NCBI GenBank assembly: GCA_041641295.1
Contig: JBEPYO010000001.1
Coordinates: 152,677 to 184,676 of the forward strand
DNA: 32,000 bases
DNA from: Nitrososphaerota archaeon
Lineage (GTDB): Archaea > Thermoproteota > Nitrososphaeria_A > Caldarchaeales > Calditenuaceae
Reading direction: 5' to 3'
Shown here piece after piece: positions 9,084-17,725 of the stretch. The notes beneath the pieces were generated by a model. The model had not been told where the DNA came from. It ran no database searches and saw only the letters and a program-made list of their open reading frames with translations. The position numbers and the translations under genes are program-made. How positions within the stretch are numbered: the stretch's first letter is position 1; each line of letters starts with the position of its first letter.

Positions 9084-10152
9084 CACGCGGAAGGTAAAGA
9101 GGCTGGGAGTTTCAGTTCCAACGATTTACGCCGAGAGGATAAGAGAAATTTTGGTGAAAAGGTCCGCGATAGAGCCCTCCCTTAAGCCCCTGAGGACAGG
9201 GGACAAAGTTGTCTTCCCCCTCAAGCCAGATATCCTCCAAGCGGAGGAGATCGTACCACCAGATCTGGGGTGCCAGCTGGTGTGGGAGGAGTTTCAGGAG
9301 AGGCGCACAACCCCACGTAGCATTAGAGAGGCGCTAGCAGGCCTAGTACGCGATGAACTACTCGAAAAACTCCCCTCATCCTACGACATTGTGGGTGATA
9401 TAGCGGTAGTGCATATACCCGAGGGTCTTGAACAGCTTGGAGAGCAGATAGGTGAGGCTATAATTCGGGTCAACCCTTCGGTAAAAGTTGTCCTCGGAGA
9501 AGCAGGGCCTGTGGAAGGGGTCTACAGGACTAGGAGACTCGTACACCTCGCCGGAGAGGCGCGTACATTTACTGCCCACAAGGAGCATGGCTGCGTCTTC
9601 CATGTGGACCTTGAGAAGGTCTATTTCAATCCGCGGCTCGCAGGCGAGAGGATGAGGATAGCGGGGTTGACGAGGAGTGATGAGGTTGTTGCCGACATGT
9701 TCGCCGGTGTCGGCCCCTTCGCGGTGGCTATTGCTAAACATGCGGGAGCCAGGGTCTACGCCTCGGAGATAAACCCGGAAGCCTATGATTTGCTGGTTAA
9801 AAACATCCAGGTCAACAGGCTGACTGGGCGTGTAGTGCCACTATTCGGCGACTGCAGAACGACATTCTCTAATAACCAGGTTACCGCGGACAGGGTCGTC
9901 ATGAACTATCCATCAGACCCATTCAGCTTCCTCGACACAGCCCTCAAAATCCTACGTGGACGCGGAGTAATCCACCTATACGGCTTCGCAGAAGACACTG
10001 AGGAGTGGCGCTCGAAAATACTGGAGAGGCTGACCGAATTGGGGGCTTCCTGCGACATAATGGTAAAAAGGCTCAAACCGGTCTCGCCCAGCAGAAGCCT
10101 CATGGTAGCTGATATTGAGGTTCGCTCCTCTAGGCCGGCTAGGACCAGTTGA
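9076..10152 (+). CDS. trm5: tRNA (guanine37-N1)-methyltransferase, Trm5/Taw22 (Met-10+) family
   Basis: SAM-binding VADMFAGVGPFAV, downstream NYP catalytic motif (VVMNYPSD), and YDIVGDIAVV plus FHVDLEKVYFNPRL segments. The ATG overlaps the upstream GTPase gene by 8 nt. Confidence 0.8.
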   Translation: MLDTRKVKRLGVSVPTIYAERIREILVKRSAIEPSLKPLRTGDKVVFPLKPDILQAEEIVPPDLGCQLVWEEFQERRTTPRSIREALAGLVRDELLEKLPSSYDIVGDIAVVHIPEGLEQLGEQIGEAIIRVNPSVKVVLGEAGPVEGVYRTRRLVHLAGEARTFTAHKEHGCVFHVDLEKVYFNPRLAGERMRIAGLTRSDEVVADMFAGVGPFAVAIAKHAGARVYASEINPEAYDLLVKNIQVNRLTGRVVPLFGDCRTTFSNNQVTADRVVMNYPSDPFSFLDTALKILRGRGVIHLYGFAEDTEEWRSKILERLTELGASCDIMVKRLKPVSPSRSLMVADIEVRSSRPARTS

Positions 10153-10211
10153 CCCATGAGGTGGAGAAAGGTTTATCCATCTAGGGAGGGCAGTTAATAC
10201 TTAGAAGGGGC

Positions 10212-11249
10212 TTGGGTGTAAAGCTTGGAGACCTAATACCGCAGGAGGCCGTCCAGACAATCCAGCTCAGCGATTTATCCGGGAAAGTAATAGCCATAGA
10301 CGGGTACAACATCCTCTACCAGTTCCTCTCGATAATCAGGGGGCCTGATGGGAGACCGCTCCAAGACAGAAAGGGGCGTGTGACCAGCCACCTCAGCGGC
10401 CTATTCTTCAGGACAGCAAACTTCATCAAGAATGGGATTAAAGTCGTCTATGTCTTTGACGGCCAGCCTCCCCAGCTCAAGAGGGAGACGATAAGGAAGA
10501 GGATAGAGCTGAGGGAGAGGGCTAAAAAGATGTATGAGGCGGCCTTAGCGGCGGGCGAGGTGGAGGAGGCGCGAAAATACGCTACACAGTCAGCAACACT
10601 GGAGAAATACATGGTCGAGACCTCCATACAACTCCTAGAGGCGATGGGTATACCCTCAGTGATAGCGCCGTCGGAGGGAGAAGCCCAAGCAGCATACATG
10701 GCCATGCGCGGAGATGCTTGGGCTTCAGCCTCGCAGGACTACGACTCAATACTCTTCGGGACGCCAAGGCTTGTGCGAAACCTCTCCATCGTTGGGAAAA
10801 GAAAACTCCCACGGAAAGACGAGTACATAACCGTAGAGCCCGAGGTTGTTTACTCTGACAAGCTCTTCAACTCGCTGGGCATAGGTAGGAGGGAGCTAAT
10901 CGAAATGGCCATACTGATAGGCACAGACTACTTTGAGGGAGTCAAGGGAATCGGGCCGAAAAAGGCCTACGAACTCATAAAGGAGCATGGCTCGGTAGAA
11001 AAAGCCTTAGCTGCACTCAACAAATCTATCGAGATCGACATAGACGCTGTCAGACAACTCTTCCTCGAGCCCGAAGTAAAAAAGGACTACCAGCTGGATT
11101 GGCGTGACATCGACAAGGAAGCTGTACTAAAGATGCTGTGTGATGAGCACGACTTTTCCCCCGAGCGGGTTGAGAAGGAGCTCAATGAGATCGAGGCAGC
11201 TGTGTCCGAGAAAAAGAAGGTAACCTCTCTCGACCGATGGCTACTCTAG
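10212..11249 (+). CDS. fen: Flap endonuclease 1
   Basis: N-terminus MGVKLGDLI...KVIAIDGYNILYQF, acidic active-site blocks (VFDG, SEGEAQAA, SQDYDS), H3TH GTDYFEGVKGIGPKKA, and a C-terminal PIP-box-like SLDRWLL. Start is TTG 10212. Confidence 0.95.
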   Translation: MGVKLGDLIPQEAVQTIQLSDLSGKVIAIDGYNILYQFLSIIRGPDGRPLQDRKGRVTSHLSGLFFRTANFIKNGIKVVYVFDGQPPQLKRETIRKRIELRERAKKMYEAALAAGEVEEARKYATQSATLEKYMVETSIQLLEAMGIPSVIAPSEGEAQAAYMAMRGDAWASASQDYDSILFGTPRLVRNLSIVGKRKLPRKDEYITVEPEVVYSDKLFNSLGIGRRELIEMAILIGTDYFEGVKGIGPKKAYELIKEHGSVEKALAALNKSIEIDIDAVRQLFLEPEVKKDYQLDWRDIDKEAVLKMLCDEHDFSPERVEKELNEIEAAVSEKKKVTSLDRWLL

Positions 11250-11444
11250 AAGTATGATAAGCCTCCTCTCCTCATCGAGGCTATGAACCCTTACGAGCCC
11301 CCGCACCTCGAGAACGATTAGCGCCTCTCGAAGCTCCTTAGCGCTAGTCACCCTCCCCCTCGTATTCAAAGCCTCCAAGAGGGCTGACTCCATCATCTTC
11401 TTATTGTTACGCCTCAAAACCTCGACTACGTCTTGTGGATCCAT
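11241..11444 (-). CDS. Small (67 aa) winged-helix-like protein, function unknown
   Basis: ATG lies 8 nt downstream of the cdc48 stop on the same strand. The helix-turn-helix-plus-wing pattern (TSAKELREALIVLEVRGLVRV followed by HSLDEERRLIILL) resembles TrmB/ArsR-type wHTH. No HMM check was possible. Confidence 0.45.
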   Translation of the reverse strand: MDPQDVVEVLRRNNKKMMESALLEALNTRGRVTSAKELREALIVLEVRGLVRVHSLDEERRLIILLE

Positions 11445-11452
11445 AATGGTGA

Positions 11453-13642
11453 TTATCCAAACATTGGGAGTGCCTTCTCTGTGCCGCGCAGGTGCTCCGC
11501 GACCTTCTCATACTCTTTGAGCATGTTTGGAGTTATACTCGGCTTCACCGTCTTCAGAGCCTCTTGGAAGTCGCTCCACGACACTTGCTGGACATCCTTA
11601 TCCCTCCTCAATGCGGACATGGCAGCCTCTCTGCAGAGAGACTCTAAATCAGCCCCCGAGTATCCCTCAGTCATAGCCGCGAGCTTCTTGAGGTCGACAT
11701 CCGCCGCCAGGGGCATGGACCGAGTATATATCCTCAGTATCTCGTACCTTCCCTTATCATCGGGCGGTGGAACATAGATCAGCCTGTCAAACCTTCCAGG
11801 ACGCAGGATTGAGGGGTCCATTAGGTCTGGCCTGTTCGTGGCCCCAATCACCACAACTTCGCGCAGCTCCTCTATACCGTCCATCTCCGCCAGCAGCTGG
11901 CTGGCTACTCTGTGAGTCACGCCCGAGCTGTCATCCAAGATATCCTTCCTCGGCGCGATGGTCTCTATCTCGTCCAGGAACACTATGCAGGGTGCGGCTT
12001 GCCTAGCCTTCCTGAAGACCTCCCTAATCGCCTTCTCTGACTCACCCACCCACTTTGAATAAATCTCTGGTCCCTTAATGGTTACGAAGTTCGCCTCAGC
12101 CTCGGTAGCTATGGCCTTCGCTAGGAGTGTCTTGCCACATCCGGGTGGGCCGTAGAGAAGTATCCCCTTGGGAGGCCTGATGCCGAGCCTCTCGAATCTG
12201 TCAGGATACTTTAGCGGCCATTCAATGGCCTCGACCAGCCTCTGCTTCACCTCCGAGAGTCCACCCACATCCTCCCAGCGGACTGTAGGCGTCTCAATCT
12301 CAACCTCCCTCAAGGCTGTCGGAGTAATCTCCCTGTAAGCCTCGTGGAAATCTTTCATGGTCACTTCCAGCGAGTTAAGTATCTCCGGCGATATCCTCTC
12401 CTCATTGAAGTCGATGCTCGGGAGTATTCTCCTGATACACTTCATCGCTGCCTCCCTGCATAGGGCGGCGATGTCCGCGCCAGTATATCCCTTAGTCATC
12501 TCGGCGAGCTTGTCAAGGTCAACATCAGAGGCAAGAGGCATACCCCTCGTGTGGATCTGGAGTATCTCTCTCCTACCCCGTTTATCAGGTATACCAATCT
12601 CGATCTCCCTATCAAAGCGTCCAGGCCTCCTCAGAGCCGGGTCCAGCGCGTTAGGACGGTTAGTCGCGCCGATAACTATCACCTGCCCCCTGCTTTCAAG
12701 ACCATCCATCAGTGCTAGGAGCTGGGCAACAACCCTCTTCTCCACTTCTCCTGTAACCTCACTCCTCTTAGGCGCGATCGCGTCTATCTCGTCAATGAAT
12801 ATTATGCTGGGGGCCTCCTCCTCAGCCCTCCTGAAAATCTCCCTCAACTTAGCCTCAGTCTCACCATAGTACTTGTTCATGATCTCAGGGCCGTTAATCA
12901 GGATGAAGTTAGCCTCAGCCTCGGTGGCCACCGCCTTGGCTAGGAGTGTCTTACCGCAGCCAGGCGGACCATAGAGCAGCACTCCCTTAGGTGGCTCAAT
13001 ACCGAGGCGCTGGAAGAGCTCGGGGAACCTGAGTGGGAGCTCAATCATCTCTCTAATCCTCTGTATCTCCTCATCAAGCCCTCCGATGTCCTCATATGTC
13101 ACATGAGTGCTGAGGGACTTCTCCTGCACAGCCCTGCTCTGAATCACGATTCTAGTGTTGGGGGTAATCTTAACAACCCCGGTAGGCCTTGTCTGGATTA
13201 CTGCGAAGTTGAAGAGGTTTCCAAAGAAGAGTACGGGTACAATGTTCTTCTGTACGACTGGATACTCTATCAGGCGGCTCTTGACAAGCTTCGTGAAGTT
13301 TTCATCAGGCTTAATGGTGCTGTTAACAGGTGCTAGTGTGACAAGCTTCGCCTCCCTAACCTGTGCCTTCCTAACCAGAACATAGTCATTAAGCGATACG
13401 CCAGCATTATTTCTTATGTAGCCGTCAATCCTGATAATGTCCTTCTCCTCCTCAAGATAGCCCAGCCAGAGCGTGGCAACCGCCAGCTTTTTTCCGCGAA
13501 TCTCAATCACGTCTCCTGTAGCAAGGCCGGCGGAAGCCCCAACCTCTCTGTCAATCCTAGCTATCCCGTATCCGACATCCCTTTGTCTCGCTTCTGCCAC
13601 CCTAAGCCTCAACTCATGGACTGGTTGGATCGAACTACTCAT
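11453..13642 (-). CDS. cdc48: Cdc48/VCP/p97-type AAA+ ATPase (N domain plus D1 and D2)
   Basis: Two Walker A sites ([13 protein letters not shown] twice), two Walker B sites ([16 protein letters not shown]), second-region-of-homology motifs ATNRPxxxDPAxxRPGRFDR twice, and an N-terminal double-psi-barrel-like region. 729 aa. Confidence 0.95.
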   Translation of the reverse strand: MSSSIQPVHELRLRVAEARQRDVGYGIARIDREVGASAGLATGDVIEIRGKKLAVATLWLGYLEEEKDIIRIDGYIRNNAGVSLNDYVLVRKAQVREAKLVTLAPVNSTIKPDENFTKLVKSRLIEYPVVQKNIVPVLFFGNLFNFAVIQTRPTGVVKITPNTRIVIQSRAVQEKSLSTHVTYEDIGGLDEEIQRIREMIELPLRFPELFQRLGIEPPKGVLLYGPPGCGKTLLAKAVATEAEANFILINGPEIMNKYYGETEAKLREIFRRAEEEAPSIIFIDEIDAIAPKRSEVTGEVEKRVVAQLLALMDGLESRGQVIVIGATNRPNALDPALRRPGRFDREIEIGIPDKRGRREILQIHTRGMPLASDVDLDKLAEMTKGYTGADIAALCREAAMKCIRRILPSIDFNEERISPEILNSLEVTMKDFHEAYREITPTALREVEIETPTVRWEDVGGLSEVKQRLVEAIEWPLKYPDRFERLGIRPPKGILLYGPPGCGKTLLAKAIATEAEANFVTIKGPEIYSKWVGESEKAIREVFRKARQAAPCIVFLDEIETIAPRKDILDDSSGVTHRVASQLLAEMDGIEELREVVVIGATNRPDLMDPSILRPGRFDRLIYVPPPDDKGRYEILRIYTRSMPLAADVDLKKLAAMTEGYSGADLESLCREAAMSALRRDKDVQQVSWSDFQEALKTVKPSITPNMLKEYEKVAEHLRGTEKALPMFG

Positions 13643-13668
13643 TGACTCAACCCCAAAATGTAGAGGGG

Positions 13669-13678
13669 TTTATTTAAG
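13669..13678 (-). promoter_or_regulatory. TATA box for cdc48
   Basis: Minus-strand CTTAAATAAA is centred about 31 nt upstream of ATG 13642. The same CTTAAATAA core recurs at 30710-30719. Confidence 0.45.
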
Positions 13679-13724
13679 TTGTCCTTCAAAACAAGCTATA
13701 GATTATCAGGTATAGGCCGCTCAT

Positions 13725-14990
13725 TTAAAAGACCAGCATCTCCGGCTCAATCCTCCTCTCCTTAATTCCTAGGAGCGTCGAAGGCACCTTTACGCCTCCG
13801 TAGAGCTCCACTTCGCCCCGGTCTAGAGCCAGTGCGGCTGCAATCCTTCCCAGAGAGTCCGCCTTCATGACCCCGCTGCCACTACCCCCAGTCGCCACAA
13901 CTAGGTTCATCACACGGAAAGCCACAGGGTTCTCGTCGATCGTGTTAATAGAGTAGCAGCCAGCCCACTTCGACTGCGGCCTTACACCCTCAATTACTGG
14001 GAAAATCTTCCTCAAGAGCGGGTATACATTGTCGTAGAAGAAGAGGTCCTCGGCCTCGAAGTCTAGACCCCACCTCCGCCCAATATCGTCACTCAGCCCC
14101 ATCCAGAGGCTCCTATCCCTCACACGCGGGGCTACAAATGGCCCCCTGGGAATAAAGGTCATGGGGAGTGTGTTGAAATCATTGAACCCATCCACGTTAA
14201 AGAAGGATTCAAGGCTTCCGCGGGCAGGAGAGGCGAAGATCTGCCTCTTTTTAGGCTTGATGTAAGAGTCAATCCCCAGCGGGTCTAACAGCTCTTGGCT
14301 CCAAGCCCCGGCTGCGAGAATGAACCTCTCAGCCTCAAAAGTGCCCTTCGATGTCTCGACCGACTCTACCTGCTTCTCCTGCCAGGCAAAAGGCTCCCTC
14401 GGGTGTCCAATCCTGTTCACCGGCGCCAGCCTAAGCCTCTCAACCCTCGTGTTAAAGAGGAACTCTACACCAGCCTCCACGAGCTTTTCATAATAGAACT
14501 GAGCCAGCTTCTCCACATCCAAGTATCCGCTTTGGGGAGAGAATATGGCGCCCTTGATAGGCTTCAGCTCTAGGAGCTTAGACTCCTCGTCATCCAAGTC
14601 GAGCTCGATAAAGCCTATTCTCTTCTTGAGATCTTCCTTGGAGAGAAGCATGGCGGAGCCGGCCTGGAGCAGCTCTTGGACGTGCTGAACATATTGATCA
14701 TACTTGGCTACGTCTAGCAGGATTAGATAGCCCAGCTGGTGAATCCCCAAGTCATAGCCGCCTTTCTGGACATCCAAGTAGAACTTGACGGTGGTCTCTG
14801 AGATAAGCCTGTTAAGCCGAGATGTGAACAGCCCCATACGGAACCCACCCACGCTCCTCGCTGTATTCCCCTGAGCAGGGCCAGAATTGGCGTCAATGAT
14901 TAACACCCTGCCACCCTTGTTCTCGACGAAATGATAGGCAGAGGTCAAACCAACTATCCCCGCGCCAACAACCACTAGGTCATACACCAA
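13725..14990 (-). CDS. FAD-dependent oxidoreductase, DAO family (sarcosine oxidase beta / D-amino-acid or glycine oxidase-like)
   Basis: N-terminal dinucleotide fold DLVVVGAGIVGLTSAY...LIIDA, 421 aa. TTG 14990 is followed directly by GTG 14987. The GTG gives MYDLVVVGAG and may be the real start. Confidence 0.8.
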   Translation of the reverse strand: MVYDLVVVGAGIVGLTSAYHFVENKGGRVLIIDANSGPAQGNTARSVGGFRMGLFTSRLNRLISETTVKFYLDVQKGGYDLGIHQLGYLILLDVAKYDQYVQHVQELLQAGSAMLLSKEDLKKRIGFIELDLDDEESKLLELKPIKGAIFSPQSGYLDVEKLAQFYYEKLVEAGVEFLFNTRVERLRLAPVNRIGHPREPFAWQEKQVESVETSKGTFEAERFILAAGAWSQELLDPLGIDSYIKPKKRQIFASPARGSLESFFNVDGFNDFNTLPMTFIPRGPFVAPRVRDRSLWMGLSDDIGRRWGLDFEAEDLFFYDNVYPLLRKIFPVIEGVRPQSKWAGCYSINTIDENPVAFRVMNLVVATGGSGSGVMKADSLGRIAAALALDRGEVELYGGVKVPSTLLGIKERRIEPEMLVF

Positions 14991-15011
14991 TCACAAACAC
15001 CAACCGTTCTC

Positions 15012-15020
15012 AAAAATAAT
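15012..15020 (-). promoter_or_regulatory. TATA-like box for the flavoprotein gene
   Basis: Minus-strand ATTATTTTT is centred about 26 nt upstream of start 14990. Confidence 0.35.
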
Positions 15021-15133
15021 GACATGCACTAAAATATGTTTTTAAACCTTCATCCAAACCTCTTATCCGCTTCTACCCCACCGATGATTTACTCAATGGT
15101 AATCCACTCTACTAAAAGTCCTAAGACGCGTAA

Positions 15134-15159
15134 TTGCAAAATCTATAATTCTTTTGTAA
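15134..15159. promoter_or_regulatory. Imperfect inverted repeat TTGCAAAA-N10-TTTTGTAA enclosing a TATA-like CTATAATT; candidate operator of the ABC operon
   Basis: The arms match 7 of 8 as reverse complements. The spacer (15142-15151) contains the TATA-like element. Confidence 0.3.
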
Positions 15160-15179
15160 ATCACTTTGACTGAAAAGAG

Positions 15180-15186
15180 ATATATA
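15180..15186 (+). promoter_or_regulatory. Second TATA-like box (ATATATA) positioned for a leaderless binding-protein mRNA
   Basis: Centred about 28 nt upstream of ATG 15211. Confidence 0.4.
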
Positions 15187-15210
15187 GAGCAAGAACGTTG
15201 TCTAGACCAC

Positions 15211-16890
15211 ATGACAACGGGCACAACAAGTATGAGAGGTGGGAGGAAACTTGTTATTGCTGCCATCGTTGTTGTGATAGCAGTTGTCGCTGCTGTGGGG
15301 TTCATTCTCACGAGTACTACTCTGCCGGGTCAGACGGCGCCGCCTAGAGAGAGGCTGTTGAGGGTCTCGTTTGCCAATGTTCCATACATGGATCCGGCCG
15401 TAGGCTCGGATGAGGCGAGCTCGGTCTACTTCCTAAACGTATATGACACCTTGGTTTATCCAAACAAAGATGGGACCGTCAAGCCACATGTTGCGGAGAA
15501 GTGGGAGGTATCCGGAGATGGGATGGTCTGGACGTTCCACCTAAGGAAGGGAGTTAAGTTCCACAGTGGGCGAGAACTCAAGGCACAAGATGTAGTCTTC
15601 TCACTGAAACGTATGATAACGATAGGGGAAGGCTATGGTTACTTGTTTAAACCCTATGTAGACCTTGAAAAAACAGTGGCGCTGGACGACTACACTGTTC
15701 GGATAGCCCTAACAAAGCCATTCGGCCCATTCCTTATCACTCTAGTCCGGCTATACATTGTCGATAGTGAGCTAGTTAAACAACACATAGCAGATGGCCC
15801 ATACGGCGAGATGGGAGATTACGGGAAGAACTGGCTGATGGCAGGCGAGCAAGATGCCGGGTCAGGCCCCTACAAGCTAGCCGAGCATAAGAGAGGCGAG
15901 TCGGTCACACTCGTAAAGTTTGACGGGTACTGGGGAGAAACCGCACAAAATTCCCCGACCAAAGTCATAATGTATGGCTTTACAGAGCCCACCACAATAC
16001 GGACAATGATGGAGAAGAGGCAGCTGGAGGTGACTGACCAGTGGCAGCCATTGGAAAACTACGACGCAATGGCAAAGATACCTGGGGTTAAGATCGCGAA
16101 AGTGCCTTCAGCGATGGTCTTCTACATTATGCTCCATACAAAGAAACCACCAACTGATGACGTGCATGTCAGGAGGGCAATTACACTAGCATTTGACTAT
16201 GAGACGGCCATAAATGACATAATGCCTTTCGAGAAGCGTCCTTCAGGCCCTGTACCAAGCATGCTTCCAGGTGCGGATCCGGCTAGAAAACCAGTGGAGA
16301 GGAATATAGAGGCTGCGAAGGAGGAGCTTAAGAAATCGAAGTATTGGGGGCAGCTTGACCAGTACCCAATCGAGTTCTGGTGGATTGCTGAAGTCCCGTG
16401 GGAGGAGAGGGTGGCGTTGCTCTTCAAGCTTAACATGGAGGAGATAGGGCTTAAAGTCAACGTAGTGAAGGTACCCTGGCTCTCAGTAGTAGAGGGTATG
16501 ACAAAGATGGAGACAACGCCGAACGCAGTATCGATATTTGTGATCGCACATTATGCTGAGGCAGGATCCATACTCATGTCGCGATACCACTCGGCAGCTA
16601 CTGGAACATGGGAGCAGGGTGAATGGTTAATGAACCCAGAAATTGATAAAATGATAGAGGAGGCCCTAGCTACCATAGACTTTAATCAGAGGATGCAGAA
16701 GTACTATGAGATACAGAGAAAGCTTGATGAGCTGGCTCCCTCAGTGTTCGTTTACGAGCACGTAGTCCTCAGAGCCTATCAGGCAGACTATATTGACTAC
16801 CCGGCTGCTAGGGGCGAGGTTCTACCAATAGCGGAATACGAGCTGGACTTCAGATGGTTCCAAGTCTTCCCCGAAAAAATCCCTAAGTGA
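15211..16890 (+). CDS. ABC transporter substrate-binding protein, family 5 (Dpp/Opp/Nik-type), membrane-anchored
   Basis: N-terminal hydrophobic anchor KLVIAAIVVVIAVVAAVGFIL, then a Thr/Pro-rich linker and a family-5 core (YDTLVYPNKDGTVKPHVAEKWEVSGDG..WTFHLRKGVKFHSG). The ORF opens at TTG 15166, but that lies upstream of or within the predicted promoter elements. ATG 15211 is preferred and ATG 15232 is possible. Confidence 0.8.
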   Translation: MTTGTTSMRGGRKLVIAAIVVVIAVVAAVGFILTSTTLPGQTAPPRERLLRVSFANVPYMDPAVGSDEASSVYFLNVYDTLVYPNKDGTVKPHVAEKWEVSGDGMVWTFHLRKGVKFHSGRELKAQDVVFSLKRMITIGEGYGYLFKPYVDLEKTVALDDYTVRIALTKPFGPFLITLVRLYIVDSELVKQHIADGPYGEMGDYGKNWLMAGEQDAGSGPYKLAEHKRGESVTLVKFDGYWGETAQNSPTKVIMYGFTEPTTIRTMMEKRQLEVTDQWQPLENYDAMAKIPGVKIAKVPSAMVFYIMLHTKKPPTDDVHVRRAITLAFDYETAINDIMPFEKRPSGPVPSMLPGADPARKPVERNIEAAKEELKKSKYWGQLDQYPIEFWWIAEVPWEERVALLFKLNMEEIGLKVNVVKVPWLSVVEGMTKMETTPNAVSIFVIAHYAEAGSILMSRYHSAATGTWEQGEWLMNPEIDKMIEEALATIDFNQRMQKYYEIQRKLDELAPSVFVYEHVVLRAYQADYIDYPAARGEVLPIAEYELDFRWFQVFPEKIPK

Positions 16891-16923
16891 TGCGACACTT
16901 CATGCAGACGTTTACCTCAGATA

Positions 16924-16928
16924 TTTTT
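16924..16928 (+). terminator. Oligo-T tract after the binding-protein gene (possible partial, intra-operon terminator)
   Basis: A T5 run lies 34 nt after the stop at 16890 and before the racemase Shine-Dalgarno-like GGGTGGT (16931-16937). Confidence 0.25.
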
Positions 16929-16943
16929 GTGGGTGGTCATTAA

Positions 16944-17687
16944 ATGGCTAGAGTATTGTTTATCAACCCTGTCGGGACCTCAATCTTCGATAAACCTATG
17001 AAAGAATACTTAGAAGAATACATAGAACCGTCAACAAAGTTAGACGTAGTCTCCTTCAAATCGGGTCCACACCATCTCGAATACTATGCCTACGACGCAT
17101 TAATGGTGCCTCACATATTGAGTGAAGTTAAAAAAGCTGAAAGAGAGGGGTACGATGCCTGCATAATAGGCTGCTTCTACGACCCTGGACTAAGAGAGGC
17201 ACGTGAAATAAGCAATATCGTCGTAACTGCACCACTCGAATCGTCAACAACGACGGCGTTATCACTGGGAGACAAATTCTCAATTATAGTGGGTCGTAAG
17301 AAGTGGATTCCGCTGATGATGAGTAGAATTAAGGAATATGGTTTAGAGGATAGGCTCGTATCTTTTAAGGACATAGAGATGGGAGTCCACGACCTTCATA
17401 AGGATGAGAGTGAAACGGAGAGAAGACTCATGGAAGTTGTCAAGGAGAGCGTCGATGAAGGAGCTGAGGTAGTGATATTGGGGTGCACAGTCTTTTTCGG
17501 CTTCTACCGTGAGGTGCAAAAAAGGTTCGGAATACCTGTAATAGACCCAATCATTGCTTCCCTTAAGCACGCCGAACAATGTGTAAGGCTCAAAGAATTA
17601 TGCGGCTGGGCGCATAGCAGAAAATATACCTATGAGCCCCCGCCGGTTTCCGAGCTCCAGAAATGGGGCCTAACGGAGCTGTTATGA
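16944..17687 (+). CDS. Asp/Glu/hydantoin racemase family protein, HyuE/Dcg1-like
   Basis: Both catalytic-Cys blocks of hydantoin racemases are present: DACIIGCFYDPGLREARE and AEVVILGCTVF. It also has IPVIDPI. 247 aa. ATG is preceded by GGGTGGT with a 6-nt spacer. Confidence 0.8.
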   Translation: MARVLFINPVGTSIFDKPMKEYLEEYIEPSTKLDVVSFKSGPHHLEYYAYDALMVPHILSEVKKAEREGYDACIIGCFYDPGLREAREISNIVVTAPLESSTTTALSLGDKFSIIVGRKKWIPLMMSRIKEYGLEDRLVSFKDIEMGVHDLHKDESETERRLMEVVKESVDEGAEVVILGCTVFFGFYREVQKRFGIPVIDPIIASLKHAEQCVRLKELCGWAHSRKYTYEPPPVSELQKWGLTELL

Positions 17688-17725
17688 CCCGCCTTTGCGG
17701 GAGAATCCATGGATAATGAGGGGCC

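Noticed and set aside
12357-12869. Long antisense or alternative-frame ORFs inside strong genes. Examples: 120-446(-), 944-1135(+), 2298-2615(+), 3518-3931(-), 7129-7422(+), 7661-8122(-), 9376-9741(-), 11433-11777(+), 12357-12869(+), 17992-18378(+), 25768-26055(+), 26904-27194(-), 29720-30037(+)
   Set aside because: They are shadow ORFs of well-supported genes in a GC-balanced genome. They have Ser/Pro/Arg/Leu-rich low-complexity translations and no motifs, promoters or Shine-Dalgarno-like sites. Every one is fully embedded in, or runs into, a gene with clear homology.
15166-15210. TTG 15166 as the start of the binding-protein gene (as listed in the ORF track)
   Set aside because: It lies only 7 nt after the operator-like palindrome and upstream of the second TATA-like box. 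The extra 15 residues (MTEKRYIEQERCLDH) are hydrophilic and precede the real signal-anchor. ATG 15211 fits leaderless spacing.
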